A stretch of DNA of 64,000 nt from an uncultured Candidatus Binatia bacterium (GCA_965218425.1 OZ244621.1:3904001-3968000), one strand, 5' to 3'; counted from the first letter of the stretch, positions 29,644 through 40,512 are shown. Numbers and translations: made by a program. The notes: generated by a model from the sequence alone, not told the origin.

Positions 29644-29791
29644 ACACTATTCCAGCTTCTGTTAGGTTGTCAAGACGGTAAAGGATTTCTCGGCAATTGA
29701 TACCACGGAGCTGGAGCTCCTATAGGGTTTTGTCAATATGGATTGGCTTGGGAAACCAACCCTTGACAGGCTATCGTAGACCGAATATAGG
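29644..29791. promoter_or_regulatory. Divergent sigma70-like promoter pair
   Basis: Minus TTGACA (29668-29673)-18 bp-TAGTGT; plus TTGACA (29763-29768)-17 bp-TATAGG. Confidence 0.55.
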
Positions 29792-29907
29792 AGCCTTTGA
29801 TTCAGATCCCTATACGCCTCGACACCATTCGGATTAACGCTGAAGACGAATGTCCAGTGCATCAGTTTCTTCCAAGATTGAAATTAGCACAGAGGGAGGG
29901 TCACGCT

Positions 29908-31041
29908 ATGCTTAAAAGACCACATGCTTCATTTGGGGCGGCGATTGTTATCCTAGCGACAGTATTGTCAGCAGCCATCGCTGTGGGGGCGGAAGATTTC
30001 AGGACAAGATGGCGACAGCTCATCAAAGCCGCACAAGCCGAAGGACAGGTCAATACTTTTCTTTGTTGCCCCCTGGGCCGGGAGGGTGAGAAGACACTGA
30101 TTCCGACCTTCGAAAAGAAGTTTGGAATCAAGATTCTCAATTCCACCGGTCGCTCATCCCAACAACGACAAAAAATCGGCGCTGAGCGTCGAGCCGGGAG
30201 GTTTACCATTGACGTATGGGCCGGCGGTCCTAGCCTCGCCAACATTAAATTAGTGCAAAAAGGCATCCTTCGCCCCTTGCGGCCTTTGCTAATTCACCCT
30301 GACCTTATGGATGAATCAAAGTGGTACGGCGGCAAGATGGCCTGGTTTGACCCGGAGGAGAAATATCAAATCATGATGGTGGGAAACGGCGGGCGTTCCT
30401 ATGTCGGTTACAACACCAAGCTGGTGGACCCGGCGGAGCTGGACTCCTATTGGGACCTTCTTAATCCCAAGTGGAAAGGCAAGCTGATCATGTTCGATCC
30501 GAGAGTGGGTGGAGGGGGCGGACAAAACGTCTTCTTATACTTTAACAAACAGCTGGGACCGAAGTTCATCAAAAAGCTGCTAACCGAAATGAAGGTCTTC
30601 TATCTGACGGATGGTCGAAAGATAGCGGAGTTGGTGGCAAGTGGGGCCTTTCCTCTGGCGCCTTTTCGAGGAGGACGAGAGTTCGTTAAGCTCAAGAAAC
30701 TCGGCCTCCCTGTGGAACCCGAACTGCCGAAAGTGTTGAAAGAGGGGGTAGCATTAAGCTCGGGCGGAGCGGGACTGTTCGCCGTCAGCAACCCGCCTCA
30801 TCCCAATGCGCAGAAACTTTTCATCAATTGGTTACTGTCGCGCGAGGGCCAGTCCCTGTTGCAAAAAGATATGGGAGCCGACTCCCTCAGGATCGACATC
30901 GACAAAAGCGACGTGGATTCCGCCGATCTCAGGCGAAAAGGGGTCAAATACTTTTTGGCGGAGCAAGATCCCAACTTCTCACACAATCGCAAAAAGGCCA
31001 CTGATTACATCAAGAAGGTTATGAAGGAGGCGGGTCTTTAG
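29908..31041 (+). CDS. ABC solute-binding protein (AfuA/FbpA-like)
   Basis: Signal peptide from MLKRPH (RBS GGAGG), ERRAG, SYWDLLNPKWKGK, PHPNAQKLFINWLLSREGQ. Confidence 0.88.
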   Translation: MLKRPHASFGAAIVILATVLSAAIAVGAEDFRTRWRQLIKAAQAEGQVNTFLCCPLGREGEKTLIPTFEKKFGIKILNSTGRSSQQRQKIGAERRAGRFTIDVWAGGPSLANIKLVQKGILRPLRPLLIHPDLMDESKWYGGKMAWFDPEEKYQIMMVGNGGRSYVGYNTKLVDPAELDSYWDLLNPKWKGKLIMFDPRVGGGGGQNVFLYFNKQLGPKFIKKLLTEMKVFYLTDGRKIAELVASGAFPLAPFRGGREFVKLKKLGLPVEPELPKVLKEGVALSSGGAGLFAVSNPPHPNAQKLFINWLLSREGQSLLQKDMGADSLRIDIDKSDVDSADLRRKGVKYFLAEQDPNFSHNRKKATDYIKKVMKEAGL

Positions 31042-31169
31042 TACCGGGGCCAGACCCCTGAGGATGAGGTTGATGGGGAAAGCTATGGCACGGCAGCGGG
31101 CGATGGCATATCGCCGCGTGCAAGGCGATTCTTTGCAGACTGACCGGTGGTACCCGGGGGCTAAGGTCG

Positions 31170-32915
31170 ATGCTGCTCCTTGACAGAGTTTCGACGTTGC
31201 CGGTCCTGCACTTGCGCCCTCGTCCTTTGGCCGTTGCCCTATTCATGTCGACCCTGATCCTGCTGTTTGGATTCTATATCTTATATCCGCTATTTCTGAT
31301 TTTCATCAACAGCTTCAACGCCGCCGACATCGGCGACCCCTTTGTCTTCACCCTTGGTCATTGGCGCACGGCTTATGCAGACCCGCAGATCTTTCAGGCG
31401 CTGAAAAACACCTTTTACATTTATTTTCTATACACAGGAATTAGCTTCCCCATAGCGGTGATCATTGCCTGGGTTTTGGCGCGAACCAATATCCCGGGGA
31501 ACCGTATGCTGGAATTCATGTTCTGGATGTCTTTCATGATCCCGACCCTTTCCGTCACCGTGGCTTGGACGTTTCTACTGGATCCATTTGTCGGGGCGTT
31601 GAATTACGTTGCGCAACAATTGCCCTTCATTGAGCAGCGTCCCTTTAATATCTACAGCGTGGGGGGAATCGTTTGGGTTCACTTAATGGGCAACGCCATC
31701 TCCGTCAAGGTAATGCTTTTGACCCCGGCCTTTCGCAATATGAATCTAGCCCTGGAGGATGCCGCGGCTGTGTCCGGGGCGTCGAGGGCCATGACCCTGA
31801 CCCGCGTGACCTTGCCCTTGATGGTGCCGCCCATGACCATTGTCTTTATGTTGGATATTGTCAGAGTCTTTCAGTCCTTTGAGATCGAACAAATCCTCGG
31901 AACCCCCACCGGGTTTTTCATATACTCCACGAAAATTTTTGATTTTATTCGGAATACCGATCCACCCCAATACGGCCAGGCCACCGCGCTTGCCAGCACC
32001 ACTCTCATACTGATCGCCCTTGTGATTCCCCTGCAGCGTTGGTTGCTCCAAAGGCGACGCTACACGACGGTTTCGGGTCAGTTCAAGCCGGGGTTGATCG
32101 CCCTCGGGCAATGGCGGTGGTTTGTGTTCGGACTCGTTGTTTCCTTGGTGATCTTTCTCACCCTAGTCCCTCTCATCACCCTCGTTGGCGGGACTCTCAT
32201 GACGCGGGTTGGCTTCTTTCAGGTGGACCCGTTGTTCACACTGCAGCACTGGACGGCGGTATTCAAATCCCGATTGTTCCTGAACGCGGTGAAAACCACG
32301 TTTATTTTGGCGCTGTCCACGGCCGTGGTGAGCCCCGTGCTGTTCTCGGTGGTTGCATACGTGCTCGTGCGAACACGATGGCATGGAAGAGTCCTCCTCG
32401 ACTCGCTGTTCTGGCTATCGGCTGCCGTGCCCGGCATTCTTTCCGGTCTGGGGTTGTTGTGGCTCTTTCTCGGAACACCGCTGCTGGTGACCATTTATGG
32501 CACGATCTATGCGCTGGTTTTAGTGGTGATCCTACAAGGCAAACTTCTGAGCACGCAAATGATCAAAAGCGTGTTCCTCCAGATGGGGGCGGACCTGGAG
32601 GAAAGCGCCCTCGTATCAGGGGCAGGTTGGCTGTACACCTACTTCAGGATCTGGTTGCCCCTGTTAATGCCCACTTTGGTGTTGATCGGAATTTTCAACT
32701 TTGTGATTGCGGCCGGAGCCACTTCGAGCATCGTGCTGCTGGCGAGCAGGGGTACCGCTACCCTCTCTCTGTTGATTTTGGACATGATGGGCGGGACCCA
32801 CACGGTGGAACTGGAAAGGGCGGGTGTTATTTCGCTGGTGATGGTCGGAATGACAACCCTGATCGCACTGGTGGCAAGACCCTTCGGATTCCGCGTCGGG
32901 GTTCGGCATATCTAA
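31170..32915 (+). CDS. FbpB-type double-domain ABC permease
   Basis: Many TM segments; LEDAAAVSGA and LEESALVSGA EAA loops; start uncertain. Confidence 0.9.
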   Translation: MLLLDRVSTLPVLHLRPRPLAVALFMSTLILLFGFYILYPLFLIFINSFNAADIGDPFVFTLGHWRTAYADPQIFQALKNTFYIYFLYTGISFPIAVIIAWVLARTNIPGNRMLEFMFWMSFMIPTLSVTVAWTFLLDPFVGALNYVAQQLPFIEQRPFNIYSVGGIVWVHLMGNAISVKVMLLTPAFRNMNLALEDAAAVSGASRAMTLTRVTLPLMVPPMTIVFMLDIVRVFQSFEIEQILGTPTGFFIYSTKIFDFIRNTDPPQYGQATALASTTLILIALVIPLQRWLLQRRRYTTVSGQFKPGLIALGQWRWFVFGLVVSLVIFLTLVPLITLVGGTLMTRVGFFQVDPLFTLQHWTAVFKSRLFLNAVKTTFILALSTAVVSPVLFSVVAYVLVRTRWHGRVLLDSLFWLSAAVPGILSGLGLLWLFLGTPLLVTIYGTIYALVLVVILQGKLLSTQMIKSVFLQMGADLEESALVSGAGWLYTYFRIWLPLLMPTLVLIGIFNFVIAAGATSSIVLLASRGTATLSLLILDMMGGTHTVELERAGVISLVMVGMTTLIALVARPFGFRVGVRHI

Positions 32916-32969
32916 AGGATCTGATCTTGTTAAAGCGGCATTTGGCCAAGGACATCGAAGGTTGATCAA

Positions 32970-34148
32970 ATGTTAAAACCCAATATGGGCGAGGTAACCA
33001 AACCCAACGGCAGCGGCGTACGAGCCGTCCGACTAGAGCACCTTTCCAAGACCTACGCGGGCAACCCTATACCGGCAGTGAATGACCTTTCGCTGGAAAT
33101 TTACGACGGCCAGATTTTCACCCTTTTGGGTCCCAGCGGTTGCGGCAAGAGTACCACCCTGCGCATGGTTGCCGGCCTTGAGGTACCTGACAGCGGGGAC
33201 ATTTATTTTGGCGACCGGCCCGTGGTCATGACTTCCAAGAGCCATTTCCTTCCACCCTTTAAACGAGACGTGGGAATGGTGTTCCAGTCCTACGCCATCT
33301 GGCCGCATATGACGGTGGAACAGAACGTGGCCTTTCCTCTAAAGGCCCGGCGTTTTCCCAGCAAGGAAATCCGTGAGCGAGTTGCCCATGCTTTGGAACT
33401 TGTGGGTATGGAGGGAATGGAGGATCGCCCGGGGCCGCTGTTGAGCGGCGGCCAGCAGCAGCGAGTGGCATTGGCGCGAGCGCTGGTGAACGAGCCACGG
33501 GTGCTGCTTTTAGACGAGCCCTTCAGTAATCTGGACGCCAAGCTACGCGAGCAAATGCGCCTAGAGGTGAAGCGGATTCAGCGTCGGCTGGCGGTGGCCA
33601 TTCTTTTCGTCACCCATGACCAGATCGAAGCGCTGAGCCTGTCAAATCACATCGCGCTGATCAACCAGGGCGTGGTGCAGCAACAGGGCCACCCACAACT
33701 GCTCTACGAGGAACCAACCAACGAATTTGTCCGCGATTTTGTTGGCAGGACGATCCTGTTCAAGGGCAAGGTCCAACTCACCAATCCTTCCGGACATATC
33801 GCCGTGGCCGTGGACGGGGCGCCGGACTGTACGGTGTTTGGACGCGGGTATGACCCTGACGGGATGGAGATCCACCAACGCGTATACATCGGTGTCCGGC
33901 CGGAGGATGTGGAAATTGTGCCGGCCAATGGCTCTCGACCACCGTCAGGTACCGTGCCGGGCATGGTGGAGACCGCTCTATTCATTGGGGAGCGATACGA
34001 GTATCAGGTGGAGGTGGAGGGCCAAGGCAGCATGCTGGTCTATGGGCCAAGGCACGGCTCTGTTTCCGAGGGAAGTAAGGTATGGCTGAAGTTGCGCCCG
34101 GATGGCCACAGCATGTGGAGCACCGACTGGTCTAAAAAACAGGATTAG
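32970..34148 (+). CDS. ABC ATP-binding protein (FbpC/PotA type, TOBE domain)
   Basis: GPSGCGKS, LSGGQQQR, LLLDEP, VTHD. Confidence 0.95.
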   Translation: MLKPNMGEVTKPNGSGVRAVRLEHLSKTYAGNPIPAVNDLSLEIYDGQIFTLLGPSGCGKSTTLRMVAGLEVPDSGDIYFGDRPVVMTSKSHFLPPFKRDVGMVFQSYAIWPHMTVEQNVAFPLKARRFPSKEIRERVAHALELVGMEGMEDRPGPLLSGGQQQRVALARALVNEPRVLLLDEPFSNLDAKLREQMRLEVKRIQRRLAVAILFVTHDQIEALSLSNHIALINQGVVQQQGHPQLLYEEPTNEFVRDFVGRTILFKGKVQLTNPSGHIAVAVDGAPDCTVFGRGYDPDGMEIHQRVYIGVRPEDVEIVPANGSRPPSGTVPGMVETALFIGERYEYQVEVEGQGSMLVYGPRHGSVSEGSKVWLKLRPDGHSMWSTDWSKKQD

Positions 34149-34199
34149 GTATCTCCTTTCATCGGCGCCCAGGACCAGCCCAACTGAATCATTGCTTCA

Positions 34200-34400
34200 T
34201 AAGACTCTTGAGTACTTGAATCCCTCACGCCTATCCATGCCCGCACCCGGTCCGCCCGCATAGGCGGTCGTCTCTCCCTCTTGCTTCGCTGCTGAAACTA
34301 CCTGATCCCATTTGGATTCTCACGTTTGCGCTGCGGTTAAAGAGCACAACGCAAGCATGCACATGATTCCAAGTAATAATCCTAGAACAGATTTTGTCGT
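34200..34400 (-). pseudogene. N-terminal remnant of an AfuA-like SBP
   Basis: After RBS GAGG reads ACG(start lost)-TKSVLGLLLGIMCMLALCSLTAAQT*ESKWDQVVSAAKQEG; TGA at a probable Trp position; remainder absent. Confidence 0.65.
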
Positions 34401-35260
34401 ATCCCGTTCCTCATTTTGATCAGCCTTTATTACCCTCACTACCGGGTCCGGCTTTTCGTCGCTCGCATAAGCAGAGGTCTAATTTTGGTATCGAGTTTCC
34501 AGTACTTCTCCAGACTCACAACCATGTAATCGGCGTCCTGTTTGGGCACCGTAAATTCCCGCAGCTTTTTCTTCGATGGAGTATCGATCCGAAGCGACGG
34601 ATAGCCGATGACCTCCTCCACTGCGGTCTGCCCGTCTCGAGAAAGCAGCCGGTTCATGAATACCTGCGCGGCGTTGGGATGGGGAGCCGGGTTCATCATC
34701 AAGGCTTGCCGGCCTCCTGAGGTCACTCCATAGCCTTCTTTCATTTGCTTCGGATTCACAATCTCCACAGGCAAACCCTGTTCCCGTGCGCGGTCGACGT
34801 CTCTCAAGGTGGGAAATAGCAGGATTGCATACCGACCTCGCCCCAGCCAGTCGATCATTTGTCGCATATCACGCGAGAAAGTGATGTCCATCTCACCGTA
34901 GAGTTGTTTCAGAAACGGGGGGGCCTAGCTGTTTGTTAACATACAGATACTTCACGTTCCCCGAGCCGGGTCCACTGCCCCTGATATCGCGGCTGACGAT
35001 CTTCCCGCGCCATTTAGGGTTCAGTAAGTCGCGGTAAGACGTCAACTTTGTTGGATCGACCAAATCGGTATTGACGGCGATGTTCGTGGTGGTGGCCATG
35101 GCAAACATGAGAAGGTACTTTTCCCCCTTGTCCGCAAACCAGTGCTTGCCTTCGAACCATTGACTTGTGTTTTTGACTTCTGGAAGCACCAAAGCCGACT
35201 TTAGGGATTGGAAGGCGCTCTGTGCTCTCAGGCTTCGAAAGAGGCGCCCACCTGACATTA

Positions 35261-36349
35261 TTGATCCTCGTATAATATAATGACATCAGAAAAGGCTGGA
35301 CTGTTTCCAGAAGGCGGTAACGAGACGAGGCCTGCGGCGCATTCGGCAAAGGGCGCGACGAGCATGGTGGCTGAGTTGAGCGAAGTCCTTGGCACAGAAG
35401 TTGGGCAGTTCATGATGCTTCCAGTATCCCCAGAGGTATTCGACGGGATTCAGTTCCGGTGCATAGGCCGGCAACCGTTCCAGCACCAACGCGCCTTCGG
35501 TAGCGGCAACAAAGTCCCGAACCAACCGGCTCTGGTGGCTGGGCAGTCCGTCCCACACTACCAGCAGCGGCCCGGAAACATGACGCATCAAGTGCTTCAG
35601 GAATTCGATGATCTGGGGGCTCTTGATGGCTCCCGGATACACTCGAAAGTACAAGCGCCACCAGGTGACTCCGGCGATGGCCGACAGACTCTTCCAGTTG
35701 AAGTGATATTGCAGCACTGGCGTCTGTCCTCGGGGCGACCACGTACGATACCGATTCGGCCGCTCGCTCAGCCCGCTTTCGTCCACGAACACTATGGTTC
35801 GCCCCTCGTTTCGGGCTTTTTTTTAATCTCCGGCCAGCGCTTCTTCTTCCACTGCCGGATCGCCTCTTCATCTCGTTCCAAGGCACGTCCCGTCGGCCGC
35901 TGGCAACTCCACCCCAACTGCCGCAATATCCGCCAAACATGGCCCGGATGGTATGTGACTCCGCAGGCTTCCCCAATCAAGTGGGCCACTCGCCTTGCGG
36001 TCCACAGGCTCGTGTCGTACCCCAGCGCTTCGGGTCCCCGTTTCAAACCGCCCTCGATCTTCTTCAGATCCGCCGGGCTCAGTCGCGGCTTGCGTCCGGC
36101 ACGCCCCGCCTGCTTGAGCCCGGCTCTGCCGCTCTCGGCCAACTGCCGCGCCCATCGATTCACCGACTGGCGGTGCACTCCCACCCAACGCGCCACCTCC
36201 GCCTCCGACAGCCCTCGCTTCAACAGCCTCCCCGCCTCCATCCACCGCCGCTCCAATGCTTCAAAGTCCCGTCGCACTCCAAGTGGGTTTCCCATACCAC
36301 CACTACACATTAGTTCTTATCCAATGTTACTATATTATGCGGCTCTCAA
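35261..36349 (-). mobile_element. IS630-family insertion sequence
   Basis: TA duplicated at 35259-35260 and 36350-36351; 26-bp imperfect IRs TTGATCCTCGTATAATATAATGACAT / TTGAGAGCCGCATAATATAGTAACAT (19/26). Confidence 0.92.
35286..36295 (-). CDS. IS630 transposase in two ORFs joined by probable -1 programmed frameshift
   Basis: ORF A HTH (MGNPLGVRRDF..WTARRV..LGWS); A8G slippery run at about 35816-35824; ORF B DDE: FVDESG, VWDGL, PELNPVE. Confidence 0.9.
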
Positions 36350-36770
36350 TAGAAACAGATCCGGAAAGTATTTGCCCGCCCTGCGTTCCGCAGTAAGCCG
36401 ATGGGCAAGATCGCTCCTTCCCCCTACATAGTTCACTTTTATGCGGGGGAAGGCCTTTTGAAAGTAGTCCCTGTAGACTTTCACATACTCTGGGCACCCC
36501 GGCCGTAGATCACGACCTTGCCTTCCTTGTTCGCTGCGGCAACGAACTTAACCCATTGCTTGCCGGGAGAGGCGCCTTCATTGATTGAATAAACCCCAAA
36601 TATCAGCCACAGAGCACCGACCAGTATTCGTAGGCGTCTCATGGGTTCCTCCTGTTCGTGTTCGCTCCACCAAAATAAGATAAGGTCATGAAACTAGGCG
36701 AATCGTCAAAGCAAGGGTAGAGCTCATCTATGATCAGTTCGGGCTTTTATTAGAGTCGGTATTTATTTTA

Positions 36771-36844
36771 TGTCAAGGCTCCAAATTTGACTGATTATAA
36801 TTTTGCACTTCATGTTGACACCCAAGCTCCTTGTGGCATAGGAT
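36771..36844. promoter_or_regulatory. Divergent sigma70-like promoter pair
   Basis: TGTCAA 36771-36776 (minus -35); TTGACA 36815-36820-18 bp-TAGGAT. Confidence 0.5.
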
Positions 36845-36882
36845 CGGCCGGAATCATGGCAGTCCAGCAAGGAGGCTATTGA

Positions 36883-38064
36883 ATGGGTTCCCCACCTCTT
36901 ATCCCGCAGCAAATCTCCACCGCCATCAATGACATGTTGGACCACTGCGCCGAGCTCAAAGAAGGCCAGCAGGTTCTGATCGTTGCGGCCAAGGACGGCC
37001 TGTACGGCGGGATCAATCTGGTTGACGAGGTGACCGTTGCATGGACAGAGGCGGCGGTACAGCAGAAGGGCGGGCACCCCCAAGTCCTGTGGATGGATTT
37101 CCCTTCCAAGCCGGGGGTGATTTGGGGTGAGGGAAAGGATTCCGTCCACTCCTGGCAGCTCCCCTCGGTGTTAAAAAGAGCGGTTCAAGAGTCCGACCTG
37201 GTGATAACCCATTGCGTGGACCTGAGCTTTGAAGAGGAGTTGAAGGAGACACAGGAACTCTTTCAAAAGGCCGGGGTCCCTATGGTTCGGAACATGGCAA
37301 CCACGGCGCCCCTGCTCATGAGCCCATGGGGCCAAACTCCCTACGAACTGGTATCGGAGATACGTATTAAAACCGCGGCAGCCATTCGCCCCGGCCTACC
37401 TTGGACCATTACCCATCCCAACGGCACCCATATCCAGGGCATGGTTGGTAAACCATCAAGACCGCAAGGCTATGCCCAACGACGGCAGCCAGGGATCTAT
37501 CGACCTTTTCCCGAGGGTGTCTTTCCTTCCATTTCCACCCAGGGCGCTGAGGGGGTGGCCATCATTCACGAAACAGGAATACTGGGAGCCCGTCATATCG
37601 GTATCCCCTCCAAGTTTAGCGAACCCGTGCGCTTCACCATCGAAAAAGGTTTCATCTGCAACATTGAGGGCGGAGATGAAGCAAAAAGGCTACGGGAATT
37701 TTATCAATTTGTATCTAAGCACCTGGGAGAGTCGGCTTACGAAGTCAGAGGCTTCCACGGCGGTGTCCATCCGAGCGCGCACATTGCCCCGCATATGTGT
37801 CCAGACCAACTGTATCGTAGTTTTATTGAGCATCACCATTGGAGCAGTTTCCATGTCCATCTTGGTAACAGCCACCACTCCACTGAGTTTCCCTATAATC
37901 TGCATATCTCAGGAGAACTTCGCGGCGGGAACCTCCAGGTGGGCGATCAGTCTATTTACCAGGGAAGTCGGCTGACGGCGGCGGATGATCCCGCTGTACG
38001 CGCCATCGCCGAACGCTATGCCGACCGCCCAGGTATAGAGCCCCAACTGTGGGAGTCGCACTAG
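36883..38064 (+). CDS. M29 aminopeptidase-fold protein, possibly NicX (2,5-dihydroxypyridine dioxygenase)-like
   Basis: LKEGQQVLIV N-terminus, ITHPNGT, FPEG, PVRFTIEKG..NIEGGDEA, FHGGVHP, FHVHLG, LHIS. Confidence 0.55.
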   Translation: MGSPPLIPQQISTAINDMLDHCAELKEGQQVLIVAAKDGLYGGINLVDEVTVAWTEAAVQQKGGHPQVLWMDFPSKPGVIWGEGKDSVHSWQLPSVLKRAVQESDLVITHCVDLSFEEELKETQELFQKAGVPMVRNMATTAPLLMSPWGQTPYELVSEIRIKTAAAIRPGLPWTITHPNGTHIQGMVGKPSRPQGYAQRRQPGIYRPFPEGVFPSISTQGAEGVAIIHETGILGARHIGIPSKFSEPVRFTIEKGFICNIEGGDEAKRLREFYQFVSKHLGESAYEVRGFHGGVHPSAHIAPHMCPDQLYRSFIEHHHWSSFHVHLGNSHHSTEFPYNLHISGELRGGNLQVGDQSIYQGSRLTAADDPAVRAIAERYADRPGIEPQLWESH

Positions 38065-38150
38065 GACACGGAGAGGTGCGACTCGCCTATGTGCCGCAAG
38101 GGCGAGAAGTGGCGCAAAATTTGGAATCTGGAGAAAGGATCACGGAGCAC

Positions 38151-39311
38151 ATGAACAACGCCACAAAAAGGAATTCTCTTAACGGTCGTTCGATCATGAT
38201 TATTTCGGCTTTCTTGCTGCCTTTCCAACTTCTGCACCAGGTGCAGGACTTGCGGGCGCAGGCCAAGGATAACTGGAAAGGCAGGTGGGAACAGACCGTA
38301 GAGGCAGCCAAAAAGGAAGGGCGGGTCAACATTTACTACTGGGGCGTCCCCAATGTCCTGAATAGCGGGGTTTTCCAGAAGGCCTTTCCTGGCATCAAAG
38401 TCGTCACCACCGTCGGCGTCGGGGGTCAACTCATGCAACGCATCCTGACGGAAAAGAGGGCTGACAAGCATTTGGCGGATATTTACATCGCGGGCATCAC
38501 CACTATGCCCGTACTGCAGAAAGCAAAGGCTTTGGATCCCATCAAGCCTGGTCTGATATTGCCCGAGGTTTTGGATGAGTCGAAATGGTGGGGCGGAAAG
38601 CACCATTACGGTGATCCGGAAAGGACTTACATCCTCTCCTTTGCACTGAGCCCTACCTATGGAGGGGTTAGTTATAACACAAACCTTGTCAATCCTAAGG
38701 AATTCAAATCCTATTGGGATCTTTTGAAACCCAAGTGGAAGGGAAAAATCGGCGCCAGGGATTTGCAAAGGGGTGGTCCGGGAACGACCTCGCTCCGTTT
38801 CTTCTACTACAACAAGCTGCTTGGACCTAAATACGTCAAGCGTCTTTTCGGCGAAATGAATATTACCTTATTTCGGAATAACCGTCAGGCGCTGGACTGG
38901 CTTGGCACCGGCAGATTCGCCCTTGCCTTCTTTCCTCTAAGGGTCGCAGAAGCCAAGGCCACCGGTCTCCCGGTGGATTCACTAAAATCGGTCATGAAAG
39001 AAGGAGTAGGGCTCTCTTCACGAGTCGGTTACATTAACATTTTGAATAAAGCCCCGCATCCCAATGCGGCCAAGGTTTTTCTCAACTGGTTCCTTTCCCG
39101 GAAAGGGCAGGCTGCCTATCAACGGGCAGAGGCAAAAGCCGGTAGTCCTTCAGATTCCCTGCGAATTGACATTACAAAAGATTATATTCCCCTGGAAGAC
39201 CGACGCACCGCTGGAATTGACTATCTCGACCTTGGGGCCCCGGAGGTGTCAGATCCAGTGCCGGTTCGTAATCTTCTAAAGAAGATCCTAGCAAAACCAA
39301 AAATGAGATGA
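38151..39311 (+). CDS. ABC solute-binding protein (AfuA/FbpA-like)
   Basis: WEQTVEAAKKEG, SYWDLLKPKWKGK, APHPNAAKVFLNWFLS; start chosen at ATG 38151 (RBS GGAG). Confidence 0.88.
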   Translation: MNNATKRNSLNGRSIMIISAFLLPFQLLHQVQDLRAQAKDNWKGRWEQTVEAAKKEGRVNIYYWGVPNVLNSGVFQKAFPGIKVVTTVGVGGQLMQRILTEKRADKHLADIYIAGITTMPVLQKAKALDPIKPGLILPEVLDESKWWGGKHHYGDPERTYILSFALSPTYGGVSYNTNLVNPKEFKSYWDLLKPKWKGKIGARDLQRGGPGTTSLRFFYYNKLLGPKYVKRLFGEMNITLFRNNRQALDWLGTGRFALAFFPLRVAEAKATGLPVDSLKSVMKEGVGLSSRVGYINILNKAPHPNAAKVFLNWFLSRKGQAAYQRAEAKAGSPSDSLRIDITKDYIPLEDRRTAGIDYLDLGAPEVSDPVPVRNLLKKILAKPKMR

Positions 39312-39385
39312 GGAGAGAGTGCGGAATATTCTCCGAGTATCACGCCACCAAAGGAAAAATACACAAATTTTAAGGAGCCAAACCC

Positions 39386-40417
39386 ATGTCGCGTCCCGCT
39401 ACCGGCCCGCAATACAGCCGGCTCGAAGCATTGCATGAGAAGTACTCCCGCCACAACTTGAGGGGGATGTGGCAGCGGGGAGGTGGAAGCATCACCGGAT
39501 CGAGCTCGCCCATTTGGCGATGGACAGAAATCCTGCCAATCCTTGAGGAATCCCTAGAGGTTGTACGCCTTCCGGAAGACACCGACCAGCGCGTCGTGGG
39601 GTTGGTCAGCCCTGGAAAGGATGGAGCCGATCGCGCTCTGTCCATGGCATTTCAGCTCTTGAATCCCGGAGAAACGGTACGTTCCCACCGGCACACCCCG
39701 ACACAGATGAGGTTTATTGTGCAGGGGTGCGGGGCCTATACGACGTCGGAAGGCGAGCGGATGTCCATGGAGCCCGGCGATCTACTCGTCCAGACCAATT
39801 GGAGTTGGCACGGCAGTGCCAATTTCGGTGAAGAACCTGTGCTCTGGCTCGACCTCCAGGACCGCAGCTTGGTCAATTACCTGGGGGCCTTTCTGCGGGA
39901 ATTTTGGCCCGAAGACGCCGTCCAACCAACCACCAGGCCGGAGGAATACCACCGCAGGTTGTCAGGCGGTTTGCGTCCGTCAAAATCCATGAGTCAAAAC
40001 GATTCGCTTCCACCTTTCCAGTACAAGTGGAAGGACACTTTACGAGCCTTGGAAGACCAGCTAGAATCCCATGAAGATGATCCTTACGATGCCATTCTAT
40101 TCGATTATAGAAACCCCTTCACCGGGGGGCATACCGCCCCCACCATGAGCGCGCAAATCCAGGTCCTTCGCCCCGGGCAGACGACTCGTCTCCATAGGCA
40201 TACGGGGGCAACCATGCATCATGTGGTGGAGGGTCAAGGAAGCAGCACCGTCGGCGAGGAGGACTTAAGCTGGCAGGAGCGGGATAGTTTTTTTATTCCA
40301 CCGCTTCAATGGCATCGCCACCACAATCGCTCAAAGGATAAGCGGGCGATGCTTTTTTCCATAAGCGATCGACCCATACTGGAAGCTCTAGGATTGTATC
40401 GTGAGGAAGGCAAATAG
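39386..40417 (+). CDS. Gentisate 1,2-dioxygenase-like bicupin
   Basis: QLLNPGE, SHRHTP, WSWHG, NPFTGG, LHRHTG, WHRH. Confidence 0.88.
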   Translation: MSRPATGPQYSRLEALHEKYSRHNLRGMWQRGGGSITGSSSPIWRWTEILPILEESLEVVRLPEDTDQRVVGLVSPGKDGADRALSMAFQLLNPGETVRSHRHTPTQMRFIVQGCGAYTTSEGERMSMEPGDLLVQTNWSWHGSANFGEEPVLWLDLQDRSLVNYLGAFLREFWPEDAVQPTTRPEEYHRRLSGGLRPSKSMSQNDSLPPFQYKWKDTLRALEDQLESHEDDPYDAILFDYRNPFTGGHTAPTMSAQIQVLRPGQTTRLHRHTGATMHHVVEGQGSSTVGEEDLSWQERDSFFIPPLQWHRHHNRSKDKRAMLFSISDRPILEALGLYREEGK

Positions 40418-40512
40418 AGTTTGTGTTTCTCGACCAAACGATTCCATAAACCTGGGCAAAGATATTGGAAATTTTCGGTTGAATTATGGATTACGGATTG
40501 GGGGAAAGAAAA

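Larger units (their letters stand above)
34439..36642 (-). pseudogene. AfuA-like ABC SBP disrupted by IS630 and two frameshifts
   Basis: 5' part MRRLRIL..AAANKEGKVVIY / ..AERRAGKYFPDLFL rejoins MSGGRLF.. across IS; frameshifts near 36500 and in homopolymer run near 34920; APHPNAAQVFMN. Confidence 0.85.

Noticed and set aside
31073..31183. Possible upstream start or frameshifted N-terminus of the permease
   Set aside because: Short ORF in another frame with no clear similarity; the ATG at 31170 already gives a length matching the paralog.
35280..36431. 383-aa plus-strand ORF spanning IS630, and other long shadow ORFs (e.g. 26129-27007, 32039-32965, 5455-6213)
   Set aside because: Antisense or off-frame to well-supported genes, with no recognisable motifs; expected in GC-rich DNA.
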